DNA from: an uncultured Pelagibacteraceae bacterium
GTDB taxonomy: Bacteria; Pseudomonadota; Alphaproteobacteria; Pelagibacterales; AG-422-B15
Assembly (NCBI GenBank): GCA_902614655.1
Contig: CACMLX010000005.1
Span: 2,643-66,642, forward strand
Length of the DNA stretch: 64,000 nucleotides
Reading direction: 5' to 3'
Shown here: piece after piece, positions 43,323-52,213 of the stretch
Position numbering within the stretch: the stretch's first letter is position 1
Layout of the letters: each line of letters opens with the position of its first letter
Notes under the pieces: generated by a model
The model's input: only the letters and a program-made list of their open reading frames with translations
The model's database searches: none
What the model was told of the DNA's origin: nothing
Position numbers and translations under genes: made by a program

Positions 43323-44210
43323 ATGTTAAAAAATTTAAACCCCAATTATGCAATTGTACTTTCAACATTATTGTGGGGTACGTGGTGGTATCCATTAAGG
43401 CTACTTAATGAATATGCTTATAATAATGCAATTCCACTCACTTTAAGTTTCACTATTGCTGGGTTATTTTTATTATTTTTTTCATACAAAAATATATCAA
43501 AATTAACTAATCGAAATTTGATACTTACAATAGTCGCAGCCTCAGCAGGAGCAGCTGCAATGTGTCTTTATAATGAAGGTTTAATTAGAGGTAATGTTGC
43601 AAGAGTCTTAATCTTTTTTTATTTAACAGCTGTATGGAGCACTCTAATTGAAATTGTTTTTCTTAGAGCGACTTTAAATATTTATAGATTTTTTTCAATT
43701 TCTTCAGGTTTTATAGGTCTATTTATTATAACTGGGTTGGATCAAGGAAATTTTATGCCTAGCACTCTGGCAGATTTATTTGGAATACTCTCAGGATTTC
43801 TCTGGTCAATCTGTGCAACACTAATAAGAATAAATGAGGAACTTGATGTAAATTTTGGTACTTCAGTCTTTATTTTAATTGGAGGTCTTTTTGTTGTTAT
43901 TGCAACATTCTTACCAGATGGGCAAATACTCTCAGGATTTAACTATGATATTTTAAAGAATACTATCTTTATAATTTTAATATTTGCATTTATTTGGTTA
44001 TTACCCGGTTACTGGCTCGTTACTTACGGTCAGGATCAAGTTGATCCGGGACGCGCAGGTATTCTATTGATGTTTGAAGTTGTTATTGGCGTTATATCTG
44101 CGTATCTACTTGCAAACGAAATAATTTCAATCAGAGAGTTTATCGGTGCAATATTTGTTATGAGTGCGCCGTTAATAGAAATTTATTCTGTAAGTCCTTC
44201 TAAGAGTTAG
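43323..44210 (+). CDS. EamA/DMT-superfamily permease
   Basis: About 10 predicted TM helices in two EamA-like halves; 295 aa. Substrate unknown. Confidence 0.65.
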   Translation: MLKNLNPNYAIVLSTLLWGTWWYPLRLLNEYAYNNAIPLTLSFTIAGLFLLFFSYKNISKLTNRNLILTIVAASAGAAAMCLYNEGLIRGNVARVLIFFYLTAVWSTLIEIVFLRATLNIYRFFSISSGFIGLFIITGLDQGNFMPSTLADLFGILSGFLWSICATLIRINEELDVNFGTSVFILIGGLFVVIATFLPDGQILSGFNYDILKNTIFIILIFAFIWLLPGYWLVTYGQDQVDPGRAGILLMFEVVIGVISAYLLANEIISIREFIGAIFVMSAPLIEIYSVSPSKS

Positions 44211-44305
44211 TTTTTTTCATAAATTTTTATTTTATTTTTTTCTAGATGCTTGTGCTTATATATGTTTCAATATTTACAAATTTAATGAAATTGGGAGAAT
44301 AATTA

Positions 44306-45301
44306 ATGAAATTTATGAATAAAATACTTATCTCTGCAATATTTGCACTTGGCTTTGGGTCGTTTACGACTTCGGCTAATGCATGTGGCACAATCACGGT
44401 TGCAGAAATGAACTGGGCTTCAGCAGAAATGTTTGCTCATGTTGATAAAATGATACTTGAAAATGGTTACGGATGTGATGTCGAATTAGTTCCAGGAGAT
44501 ACTATGCCTACAGCTACATCTATGATGGAAAAAGGTGAGCCGGATGTAGCTCCTGAACTCTGGATTAATTCAGTTCGTATAGCTCTAGATAATGCAGTAG
44601 GTGAGGGTCGTTTGCATTATGCAGCTGAGGTATTGTCTGATACTGGTGAAGAAGGTTGGTGGATACCTCAGTATTTAGCTGACGCAAACCCGGATATACA
44701 AACTGTTTATGATGTTCTTGATCGACCTGATCTCTTTCCACACCCAGAGGGAGGTGATGGCGCTATATACACATGCCCTTCAGGTTGGAACTGTCAAATT
44801 AGCACGGGCAATTTGTTTAACGCATATGGAATGGAAGCAAAAGGCTTTAGACTTGTAGACCCAGGTTCAGGGGGTGCATTGGCTGGAGCAATAGCTGAGG
44901 CTTATAACAAAGAAGAAGGATGGCTCGGATATTACTGGGCACCGACAGCTGTATTAGGAAAATATCCAATGAAAAAACTCAGCTTTGGCGTAGAACACAG
45001 TAAAGAAGAGTGGGATAATTGTACTTCTCAGGATGGATGTGCGGACCCGCAACCTAATGCATGGGTTGTGTCTGAAGTTTATACTGTTGTGACTGACAAT
45101 TTTAAAAATGAGTCAGCCACAGGAATGGAGTATATCTCAAAAAGAGCTCTTCCTAATTCCACTGTAAATGCATTACTTGCCTGGAAAGACGATAATCAAG
45201 CAACAGGTGAGGATACTGCACTATACTTTTTAGAAAATTTTACAGAGTGGCATAACTGGGTAGACAGTGATGCACGTTCAAAAGTAGAAGCAGCATTATA
45301 A
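44306..45301 (+). CDS. proX: Glycine betaine/quaternary-amine ABC transporter substrate-binding protein (ProX/OpuAC type)
   Basis: Signal peptide, Trp-rich binding-protein body (AEMNWASAE, EEGWWIPQY, GWLGYYWAPT) and position upstream of the permease and ATPase. Confidence 0.85.
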   Translation: MKFMNKILISAIFALGFGSFTTSANACGTITVAEMNWASAEMFAHVDKMILENGYGCDVELVPGDTMPTATSMMEKGEPDVAPELWINSVRIALDNAVGEGRLHYAAEVLSDTGEEGWWIPQYLADANPDIQTVYDVLDRPDLFPHPEGGDGAIYTCPSGWNCQISTGNLFNAYGMEAKGFRLVDPGSGGALAGAIAEAYNKEEGWLGYYWAPTAVLGKYPMKKLSFGVEHSKEEWDNCTSQDGCADPQPNAWVVSEVYTVVTDNFKNESATGMEYISKRALPNSTVNALLAWKDDNQATGEDTALYFLENFTEWHNWVDSDARSKVEAAL

Positions 45302-45310
45302 TAAAATATT

Positions 45311-45331
45311 GCGGGCTAATTTTTAGCCCGC
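45311..45331 (+). terminator. Stem-loop between proX and proW (partial terminator/attenuator)
   Basis: GCGGGCTA-ATTTT-TAGCCCGC, an 8-bp perfect GC-rich stem 10 nt after the proX stop, followed by an AT-rich tail. Confidence 0.55.
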
Positions 45332-45341
45332 ATTATATTCA

Positions 45342-46238
45342 ATGAATTTATCAGAATTATTTTTAACTTTTCCTGAAATGAGTAAGGAAAGTCTTCGGAT
45401 GTTTAGAAAATCCGTAGACGGCGCTTATAGGAATTTTTCAAGAGAATATGGTGATACAATTGAAGCTGTATTTGATCCAGTGCTTTATTTTTTGGTATGG
45501 TTTGAAAAATTATTGCAAAATTCACCTTGGCCATTAATTATTCTGGCAATTCTTATATTAGTGTATCTTGGCAGCAGAAGTATTTATTTAACTATTGGAT
45601 CTTTAATTGCACTGCTTTTAATCGGTTACTTCGGTATGTGGGAAGACACAATGTCAACTGTAAGTATCATTGGTGTATGTACATTTATGTCTATTGGCCT
45701 TGGAATACCAATAGGTATAGCCATGTCAAATTCTGATAGAGCTCGAGCTGCGATAACCCCTATACTTGATGTAATGCAAACAATGCCTTCATTTGTATAT
45801 TTAATTCCAGTAGTAATGCTTCTTGGAATAGGAAAAATTCCTGGTTTATTAGCAGTAATTATTTATGCAATCCCACCCATTATAAGATTAACTGATTTAG
45901 GAATTAGAGAAGTTGACAAAGAAGTTCTTGAGGCAGCAGACGCATTCGGTGCAAATAAGGCACAAAAATTATTTAGAGTTCAATTGCCACTTGCTTTACC
46001 AACAATATTTGCAGGAATAAACCAAACGATTATGATGGCATTAGCGATGGTAGTCATAGCTTCAATGATTGGAGTTAAAGGGCTTGGCCAGCCAGTATTA
46101 AAGGCAATTACTAATCAGTACTTTACGATGGGATTACTCAATGGACTTGCAATTGTCGCTTTAGCAATAATTTTTGATAGAGTTTCCCAATCATTTGGAA
46201 AAAGATTGCAACAACACAGGTCAGGCTCCCGTGAATAA
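45342..46238 (+). CDS. proW: Glycine betaine ABC transporter permease
   Basis: Polytopic BPD-type permease with the EAA loop LEAADAFGANKAQKLFRVQLPLA; 298 aa. Confidence 0.9.
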   Translation: MNLSELFLTFPEMSKESLRMFRKSVDGAYRNFSREYGDTIEAVFDPVLYFLVWFEKLLQNSPWPLIILAILILVYLGSRSIYLTIGSLIALLLIGYFGMWEDTMSTVSIIGVCTFMSIGLGIPIGIAMSNSDRARAAITPILDVMQTMPSFVYLIPVVMLLGIGKIPGLLAVIIYAIPPIIRLTDLGIREVDKEVLEAADAFGANKAQKLFRVQLPLALPTIFAGINQTIMMALAMVVIASMIGVKGLGQPVLKAITNQYFTMGLLNGLAIVALAIIFDRVSQSFGKRLQQHRSGSRE

Positions 46239-47256
46239 GACAAAGATCAAGATAACCAATCTCTATAAAATTTTTGGAAATAATTCAAAGAAATATATTT
46301 CGAGTGTGCGTGATGGCATGTCAAAAGATGAACTGCTTTCAAAATATAATCATGTATTAGGTTTGGATAACATCAATTTAAACGTTGAAGATCAATCTAT
46401 ACAAGTTGTGATGGGTTTATCGGGATCAGGAAAATCTACTTTGATAAGACACATTAATAGATTGATTGAGCCAACCGAGGGAACGGTCACAGTTGATGGA
46501 GAGGATATTACTAAACTTAATAAAATGGATCTTCTAGAGTTTAGAAGAAATAAAACAGGGATGGTTTTTCAACGCTTTGCACTATTTCCTCATCAAAATA
46601 TATTAGACAATGTCCAGTTTGGATTGAGCATAAAAAATCTAGATAAGTCAGACTCTATAGAAAGAGCAATGTACTGGATCGAAAAAGTTGGTTTAACCGG
46701 TTTTGAAAATAAATTCCCAAATCAATTGTCAGGAGGAATGCAGCAAAGAGTAGGTTTAGCTAGGGCGTTAGCTACTGATCCAGATATATTGCTAATGGAC
46801 GAAGCCTTTAGTGCGCTTGATCCATTAATAAGAACTGATATGCAGGACCAATTACTGGACTTACAAAAGAATTTAAATAAAACAATTATGTTCATAACTC
46901 ATGACCTCGATGAGGCACTAAAATTAGGCGACCGAATAGCTATACTCAATGGCGGAAAACTTGTTCAAGATGGAAATGCAGAGGAAATTCTTTTAAAACC
47001 CGCTGATCAATATGTGGCCAATTTTGTTAAGGATGTTAATCGTATAAAGGTTTTAAAAATCAAGACAATTCTTGACCAAGGAGGTGAACGAGCAAATTCT
47101 AATCCAACTGTAAACGTAAATGATAGTATTGAAAATTGCATGCCGGCAATACTTGAAAGTCAATCCGGTCTTAACGTAATTGATGAGAAAAACAATTTTG
47201 TTGGCTCAGTATCAAAAAACAAAATTATAGATATTTTGCAAAAATCTAAGGATTAA
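46231..47256 (+). CDS. proV: Glycine betaine ABC transporter ATP-binding protein with C-terminal CBS-like region
   Basis: Walker A GLSGSGKST, signature LSGGMQQRV and Walker B ILLMDEAFSALD. I start it at GTG 46231 (VNKTKIKITNLYKIFG), overlapping the proW stop, rather than the listed 46174. Confidence 0.9.
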   Translation: MNKTKIKITNLYKIFGNNSKKYISSVRDGMSKDELLSKYNHVLGLDNINLNVEDQSIQVVMGLSGSGKSTLIRHINRLIEPTEGTVTVDGEDITKLNKMDLLEFRRNKTGMVFQRFALFPHQNILDNVQFGLSIKNLDKSDSIERAMYWIEKVGLTGFENKFPNQLSGGMQQRVGLARALATDPDILLMDEAFSALDPLIRTDMQDQLLDLQKNLNKTIMFITHDLDEALKLGDRIAILNGGKLVQDGNAEEILLKPADQYVANFVKDVNRIKVLKIKTILDQGGERANSNPTVNVNDSIENCMPAILESQSGLNVIDEKNNFVGSVSKNKIIDILQKSKD

Positions 47257-47271
47257 TTCTACTAAATTTTT

Positions 47272-49680
47272 TTATTGCCTTAAATTTTTACCGGTTTGGT
47301 CATAACAAGCATTATCAACAATTGAGGCATTATAAAACTCTCCATTTATTTCAACTTGCAAAACTTCTTTGGATTTTAATAAATCATTGTTCAAGTATGC
47401 AAAAGCAATACTTTTTTGCACATAGTGGCCGAAGCCTCCAGATGTTACATATCCGATACATACTTCATTCTGCATAACAGCTTCATTGCTAGTCACATCT
47501 ATGTTGTCAGTTTCAATTACCAAGGAAAATAATCTGTGATTGCTATCATCTTTAACTGCAGCGTCTTTACCAATAAAATCTTTATCCCAATTTATAAATG
47601 CAGAAAGGCCAGTTTCTTTTGGAGTATAGTCAGGTCTAAAATCTAGTGTCCATGCGCCCCAATTTTTTTCTAGTCTCATAGACATCAAAGCTCTTCCGCC
47701 AAAAGGTTTAATGTTGAATTCTTCTCCTGCATCCTCAATAGCCTCATACAGCTTGATTTGATAGTGTGGAGCTACATATATTTCATATCCCAATTCTCCA
47801 GTAAATGACAACCGGTTGACTAATGCAGGAACACCAGCAACAAACATTTGTCTAGAATCTCTAAATTTAAATGACTCATTAGAAACATCTTCTCTTACCA
47901 ATAATTGCAGTAAATTTCTAGACTTTGGGCCAGAAATAGCAAGGCCGTGATAATCATCAGATCTGTTTTTATAAATGACCTCATATTGATCTAGATGTTG
48001 TTCAAACCATCGTCGATGCATTTCCTGAGCGGCACCAGATCCATAAACCATAAAATGATTTTCACTAATACACGAAACTGTAAGGTCCCCATATAATTTA
48101 CCTTTTTTAGATAGCATTGGACTTAGTGCTATGCGTCCAACTTTAGGTATTCTACCTGCCAAAATATAATCCAAAAATTTTCTTGAGTCTTTTCCCTTAA
48201 ATTCATGTTTAGAAAAATTAGCAATCTCTGTTACTCCAACGTTTTCTCTTACATTTTTTACTTCATTTGAAACATAGTTATGGGATCGAGAGCGCTTGAT
48301 AGTTGGTTCTTCGTAAGCATCATCAGGATTATCAGCAAACCATAGGACATTTTCGAGTCCAAAGCTGTCACCCATAACTGCTCCCATGTTAACGAAGCGA
48401 TCATATAAAGCTGTAGTTTTTTGTTTCCTTCCTTTTGGCAAAGTCTCATTTGGAAATGTCATAATAAATCTTCGTTCATAATTTTCAGATGATTTAATTG
48501 TTCCATAATGTGGAGATGCATAATCACCAAACCGTGCGACATCCATCGCCCAAACATCTATGGAAGGTTCACCATCAATAATCCATTCTGCAATACATTT
48601 GCCAACACCTCCTCCTTGACAGAACCCGGCCATAACACCGACTGCTACCCAATAATTTCTCATACCTGGAACTGGTCCAATGAGAGGATTTCCATCAGGA
48701 CCAAATGTAAAAGGGCCGTTAACAATATTTTTAATTCCTGCTTTTTCCAAAGCTGGCATTCTCTCAAAACCAATGACTAATCGATCTTGAATATTTTCTA
48801 ATTTTGGTTCCAACAGTTCATGTCCAAAATCTAATGGGGTTCCCTGAACTTTCCAAGGAGTAGACTTATGTTCATATGTGCCAAGCAACATGCCTTGTCC
48901 TTCTTGTCTAAAATAGATATTACCATCAAAATCAGTTCCAACTGGTAGCCTTGTTCCCTTAGGCATCGCTGCTATTTCTGGAATTGTATCAGTGATTAAA
49001 TAATGATGCTCCATTGGCTGTACAGGCAAATTTAATCCAGCAAGTTTACTGACCTCTCTCGCCCAAAGTCCTGCAGCATTAATTACAATTTCTGTATGAA
49101 TATTGCCCTTATCAGTAAACACATCCCAGGTTCCATCTTCTCTTTGCTTAGTGTCTTTAACCTCAGTATTTGTGTAATAGTTAGCGCCATGAACTTTTGC
49201 AGATTTTGCAAATGCATATGTGACACCTGATGGATCTACTTCTCCATCGATCGGATCCCACAAAGCTGAAATATATTTATTGGGATCGATAAGAGGATTT
49301 TTTTTTGCAACCTCCTCTAATGAGATAAACTCTTGATCAAGACCCATATATCTGGCTTTTGTTCTTTCTCTTTTAAGATAATCAGCCCAAACTTCATTAG
49401 AGGCTAAATAAAACCCTCCACTTGGTTTAAAGCCAACTGAATGACCTGAAGTCTCTTCAATTTCCTTGTACAAGTTTATTGTATATGCCATCAGTCTGGA
49501 TATGTTTGGATCTGAAGAAATGACATGAACGTTTCCTGCGGCATGCCATGAGGATCCTGCTGTTAATTCTTTTCGCTCAAGGAGAACGCAGTCCTTCACC
49601 CCAAACTTTGCTAAATGGAAAAGAATAGAGCAACCTACAACTCCCCCGCCAATAACAACAACTTTAGCATGAGTTTGCAT
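47272..49680 (-). CDS. Dimethylglycine (or sarcosine) dehydrogenase: FAD DAO domain fused to a GcvT-like folate-binding domain
   Basis: N-terminal VVIGGGVVGCS, covalent-FAD-type region SSWHAAG and C-terminal aminomethyltransferase-like domains; 802 aa. Confidence 0.85.
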   Translation of the reverse strand: MQTHAKVVVIGGGVVGCSILFHLAKFGVKDCVLLERKELTAGSSWHAAGNVHVISSDPNISRLMAYTINLYKEIEETSGHSVGFKPSGGFYLASNEVWADYLKRERTKARYMGLDQEFISLEEVAKKNPLIDPNKYISALWDPIDGEVDPSGVTYAFAKSAKVHGANYYTNTEVKDTKQREDGTWDVFTDKGNIHTEIVINAAGLWAREVSKLAGLNLPVQPMEHHYLITDTIPEIAAMPKGTRLPVGTDFDGNIYFRQEGQGMLLGTYEHKSTPWKVQGTPLDFGHELLEPKLENIQDRLVIGFERMPALEKAGIKNIVNGPFTFGPDGNPLIGPVPGMRNYWVAVGVMAGFCQGGGVGKCIAEWIIDGEPSIDVWAMDVARFGDYASPHYGTIKSSENYERRFIMTFPNETLPKGRKQKTTALYDRFVNMGAVMGDSFGLENVLWFADNPDDAYEEPTIKRSRSHNYVSNEVKNVRENVGVTEIANFSKHEFKGKDSRKFLDYILAGRIPKVGRIALSPMLSKKGKLYGDLTVSCISENHFMVYGSGAAQEMHRRWFEQHLDQYEVIYKNRSDDYHGLAISGPKSRNLLQLLVREDVSNESFKFRDSRQMFVAGVPALVNRLSFTGELGYEIYVAPHYQIKLYEAIEDAGEEFNIKPFGGRALMSMRLEKNWGAWTLDFRPDYTPKETGLSAFINWDKDFIGKDAAVKDDSNHRLFSLVIETDNIDVTSNEAVMQNEVCIGYVTSGGFGHYVQKSIAFAYLNNDLLKSKEVLQVEINGEFYNASIVDNACYDQTGKNLRQ

Positions 49681-49682
49681 TC

Positions 49683-50723
49683 TTAAGGTGTGAATTCTTT
49701 ATTTACCTGCTTAAGAGTTTCGTCTGTTCCATGGTGAAAATGTTTTCTCATGTCCGGCATATATTTCATCGAAATTGGTTTTTTACCAACTGCAACTGAC
49801 ATTTCTCTCACGTGATGTGCTTCGGCGCCACAACAAATTCCAATAAAGTTGATATTTTTTTCCATACAGTCTGCAGCAAATTTAGCCATTTCAAAACGAT
49901 TACAAAAAAGATTATCCAAGGCTACAGGAAATGCATTATTTCCAGGAATACAATCACATCCATCATCAGAAATATTTAAAAAACCAGGTTCCTTTTCTGT
50001 TGTTCGATAAGGCACTGGCAATCCAGCAACATGGCAAGATACTTTATCTCTTACTTTTTCTAGAAGTTTCATAGTCATATCTGGCCCTCTATAACAGTTT
50101 AAACCAACGACATTTGCACCCAAGTCTTCCATCATTTTACATGCATCTTCAGGTGTATGTCCTTCTCTTGTCTTATCTCCCCTGGGTATCGCAAAATTTG
50201 TAACTGCAATCATGCCTTCATCTTTGATTGCTTTTAGAGCAATTTTCATTTCCTCAGTCCAATTAATTGTCTCAGCGACAATAAAATCAACTCCCGCTTC
50301 CTTTGCCCACGCCACTTGCTCCTCATACATTTTCTGACATTGAATAAGAGATTGTTTATCATTTGGATCATAAATATTTGTATTTGCTACATCTCCACAA
50401 ACCATAAGATCTAAATCTTTATATTCATTAGCTGCATCTTTTGCAATTTGAAGAGCATTTTTCTGTAAAGACTCTAATAAATGTTCTTTTCCAATTATTC
50501 TTAATTTTTCTCTATGGCCATAATAAGTGAAAGCTTGTACAACATCAGATCCTGCTCTTATAAATTCTCTATGTAATTGAGTAACAACTTCTGGGTGCTC
50601 TAAAACAACTTCAGGAACAAATCCTCCTGCGGATAAGTAACCTCTTCGTTCCATGGCGAATAAATAACCTTCAGCACAAATGATTGGTCCCTCATTTAAT
50701 CTCGTTATCAGATCTTTTTTCAT
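49683..50723 (-). CDS. bhmt: Betaine-homocysteine S-methyltransferase
   Basis: Homocysteine S-methyltransferase fold with zinc-ligand Cys positions (VGLNC...GICCGAEAHHV); 346 aa. Adjacent to the DMG dehydrogenase gene. Confidence 0.8.
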   Translation of the reverse strand: MKKDLITRLNEGPIICAEGYLFAMERRGYLSAGGFVPEVVLEHPEVVTQLHREFIRAGSDVVQAFTYYGHREKLRIIGKEHLLESLQKNALQIAKDAANEYKDLDLMVCGDVANTNIYDPNDKQSLIQCQKMYEEQVAWAKEAGVDFIVAETINWTEEMKIALKAIKDEGMIAVTNFAIPRGDKTREGHTPEDACKMMEDLGANVVGLNCYRGPDMTMKLLEKVRDKVSCHVAGLPVPYRTTEKEPGFLNISDDGCDCIPGNNAFPVALDNLFCNRFEMAKFAADCMEKNINFIGICCGAEAHHVREMSVAVGKKPISMKYMPDMRKHFHHGTDETLKQVNKEFTP

Positions 50724-50834
50724 GAATGCACTCCTAATTTATTCAAACAATAAATAAAAAATTATACCTAATTTAATATTCTGTCGAATTAAAAATATGA
50801 CAAGGCTATTCTTTTTTGGAATGAATAAGCATTT

Positions 50835-52205
50835 CTAATTTGAAAACAAACGCTCATCGAGCGGATAAGTAGAAATCGTTTCGTAACCATTATTTGTTAC
50901 GACACCCTGGTCCTCAAGCTTGACCATGTGGTCCCCATTAACTTCACCCACCAAAGCCTCGACACAAAGAGTCAGTCCTGGTTCCAGAACAGCGTCAAAG
51001 GCATTTTTGACCAAACGGTCTGGGTAGGCGATCAATGGCCATTCGTCACACATCCCGACACCATGCATAGGCGATGAATACTTGAGCGCCTGATACTTGT
51101 CCTGCAACACGTGCAAAGAACGAGTTAAGTCTTCCATGTGGAGGCCGGGCTTGAGAAGCTTTGTGTTATAGCGAATGTGTTCTACTGCCTCTGCATAACT
51201 CTCGCGCATGTTAGCTGGCGCTAAACTATCTCCAATCCACCAGGTACGACTGAGATCTGCACAAATCCCATAGGGGCCGATCAAATCAGTATCAAAAGCA
51301 AGAATTTCGTTCTCAGATATGATCCTTGGCCCACATTCTTGAAACCATGGGTTGGTGCGTGGCCCTGAAGTAAGCAGTCTTGTCTCAATCCACTCGCCAC
51401 CTCTTTTAATATTTTCTGCATGGAGTACCGCCCAAACATCATCCTCTGTCACACCACCTTTTGGAATTTCTGCGCGTGCAAACTCCTCCATAACTGCCAT
51501 CGAGCGTTCACAAGAATAAATAGAACAGCGCATTGCTCGTAATTCGTGCTCGGTTTTGATAGCTCGTGCACGTTCTGTCACTTCCTCACCGTCACAGTAC
51601 TCAAGCCCCGCTCGACGGACCGCATCTAAACCTGCAGGCTGAATTTTGTCTATACCGACTTGTGTACAACCTGGAGCGTGAGTGGCAATTAAGTCTAGTA
51701 CCTCAGCTGCGAAAGCGTCAGCTGCTGGCCCAATCCGGTCACCACGGGCGAAGTAAAACATGTCCGCACCTGAGCGGCTCTCCCGAACAAGTGGATTGTA
51801 TTGGGCGAGGAATGGTGCGTTTTTATAATCCCAGAGTACCATATACCCATCAGCACAAAGTAAGCACGCCCGGAACGGATTGTGGGTGTTCCACAACTGC
51901 ATATTTGTCGTGTCAGTTGCATAACGAATATTAAGGGGATCAAACATCAATAAGCCCCCATAACCCCTGGCTACAATTGCATCAGTCAAGCGTTTGTGTC
52001 TGGCTTTGCGCATCTCAGTCAGATCTGGCAATATAAGCCCTGCATCTTGCCATTCAGCATAGGCTAATGCGGTTGGGCCAATTTCGACACGATCGCCATC
52101 ATTGATTGTTCCATCGCCCAGATGCACCCCCTGGCTTGGATCTATCTTATGATTATCGCTGTAGTAATTATTTATATTTGGTAATATTTTACGATTTATC
52201 TTCAT
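50835..52205 (-). CDS. dddP: DddP-type dimethylsulfoniopropionate (DMSP) lyase (M24 metallopeptidase fold)
   Basis: From memory of roseobacter DddP, long stretches match closely: GYGGLLMFDPLNIRYATDTTNMQLWNTHNPFRA, GGEWIETRLLTSGPRTNPWFQECGPR, MHGVGMCDEWPLIAYPD. 456 aa. GC-rich codons and a TAG stop differ from the neighbours. Confidence 0.8.
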   Translation of the reverse strand: MKINRKILPNINNYYSDNHKIDPSQGVHLGDGTINDGDRVEIGPTALAYAEWQDAGLILPDLTEMRKARHKRLTDAIVARGYGGLLMFDPLNIRYATDTTNMQLWNTHNPFRACLLCADGYMVLWDYKNAPFLAQYNPLVRESRSGADMFYFARGDRIGPAADAFAAEVLDLIATHAPGCTQVGIDKIQPAGLDAVRRAGLEYCDGEEVTERARAIKTEHELRAMRCSIYSCERSMAVMEEFARAEIPKGGVTEDDVWAVLHAENIKRGGEWIETRLLTSGPRTNPWFQECGPRIISENEILAFDTDLIGPYGICADLSRTWWIGDSLAPANMRESYAEAVEHIRYNTKLLKPGLHMEDLTRSLHVLQDKYQALKYSSPMHGVGMCDEWPLIAYPDRLVKNAFDAVLEPGLTLCVEALVGEVNGDHMVKLEDQGVVTNNGYETISTYPLDERLFSN

Positions 52206-52213
52206 TTTATTAA

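Noticed and set aside
46174-46230. 19-codon N-terminal extension on the listed proV ORF
   Set aside because: It lies entirely within the proW coding region. GTG 46231 gives the canonical ABC ATPase N terminus and a typical short overlap with the proW stop.
50724-50834. Possible SAM-II/SAM-V-type riboswitch in the 111-nt leader of bhmt
   Set aside because: SAM riboswitches are known near methionine-cycle genes in SAR11, so I looked. By eye I found no convincing pseudoknot or conserved AAAGC-type core, only weak 4-bp pairings (TGTC/GACA). A covariance-model scan (Rfam SAM-II, SAM-V) would settle it. Not claimed.
51566-51943. 122-aa plus-strand and 82-aa minus-strand ORFs inside dddP
   Set aside because: These are shadow ORFs produced by the locally stop-poor GC-rich sequence. 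They show no motifs and lie entirely inside a well-supported gene. I used them only as supporting evidence for the compositional anomaly.
50835-52205. Alternative call of the 456-aa M24-fold protein as creatinase or Xaa-Pro aminopeptidase
   Set aside because: Long blocks match my recollection of DddP specifically (MFDPLNIRYATD.TNMQLWNTHNPFRA, GGEWIETRLL.SGPR.NPWFQECGPR, MHGVG.CDEWPL.AYPD), and the osmolyte context fits. Still, the call needs a database comparison.
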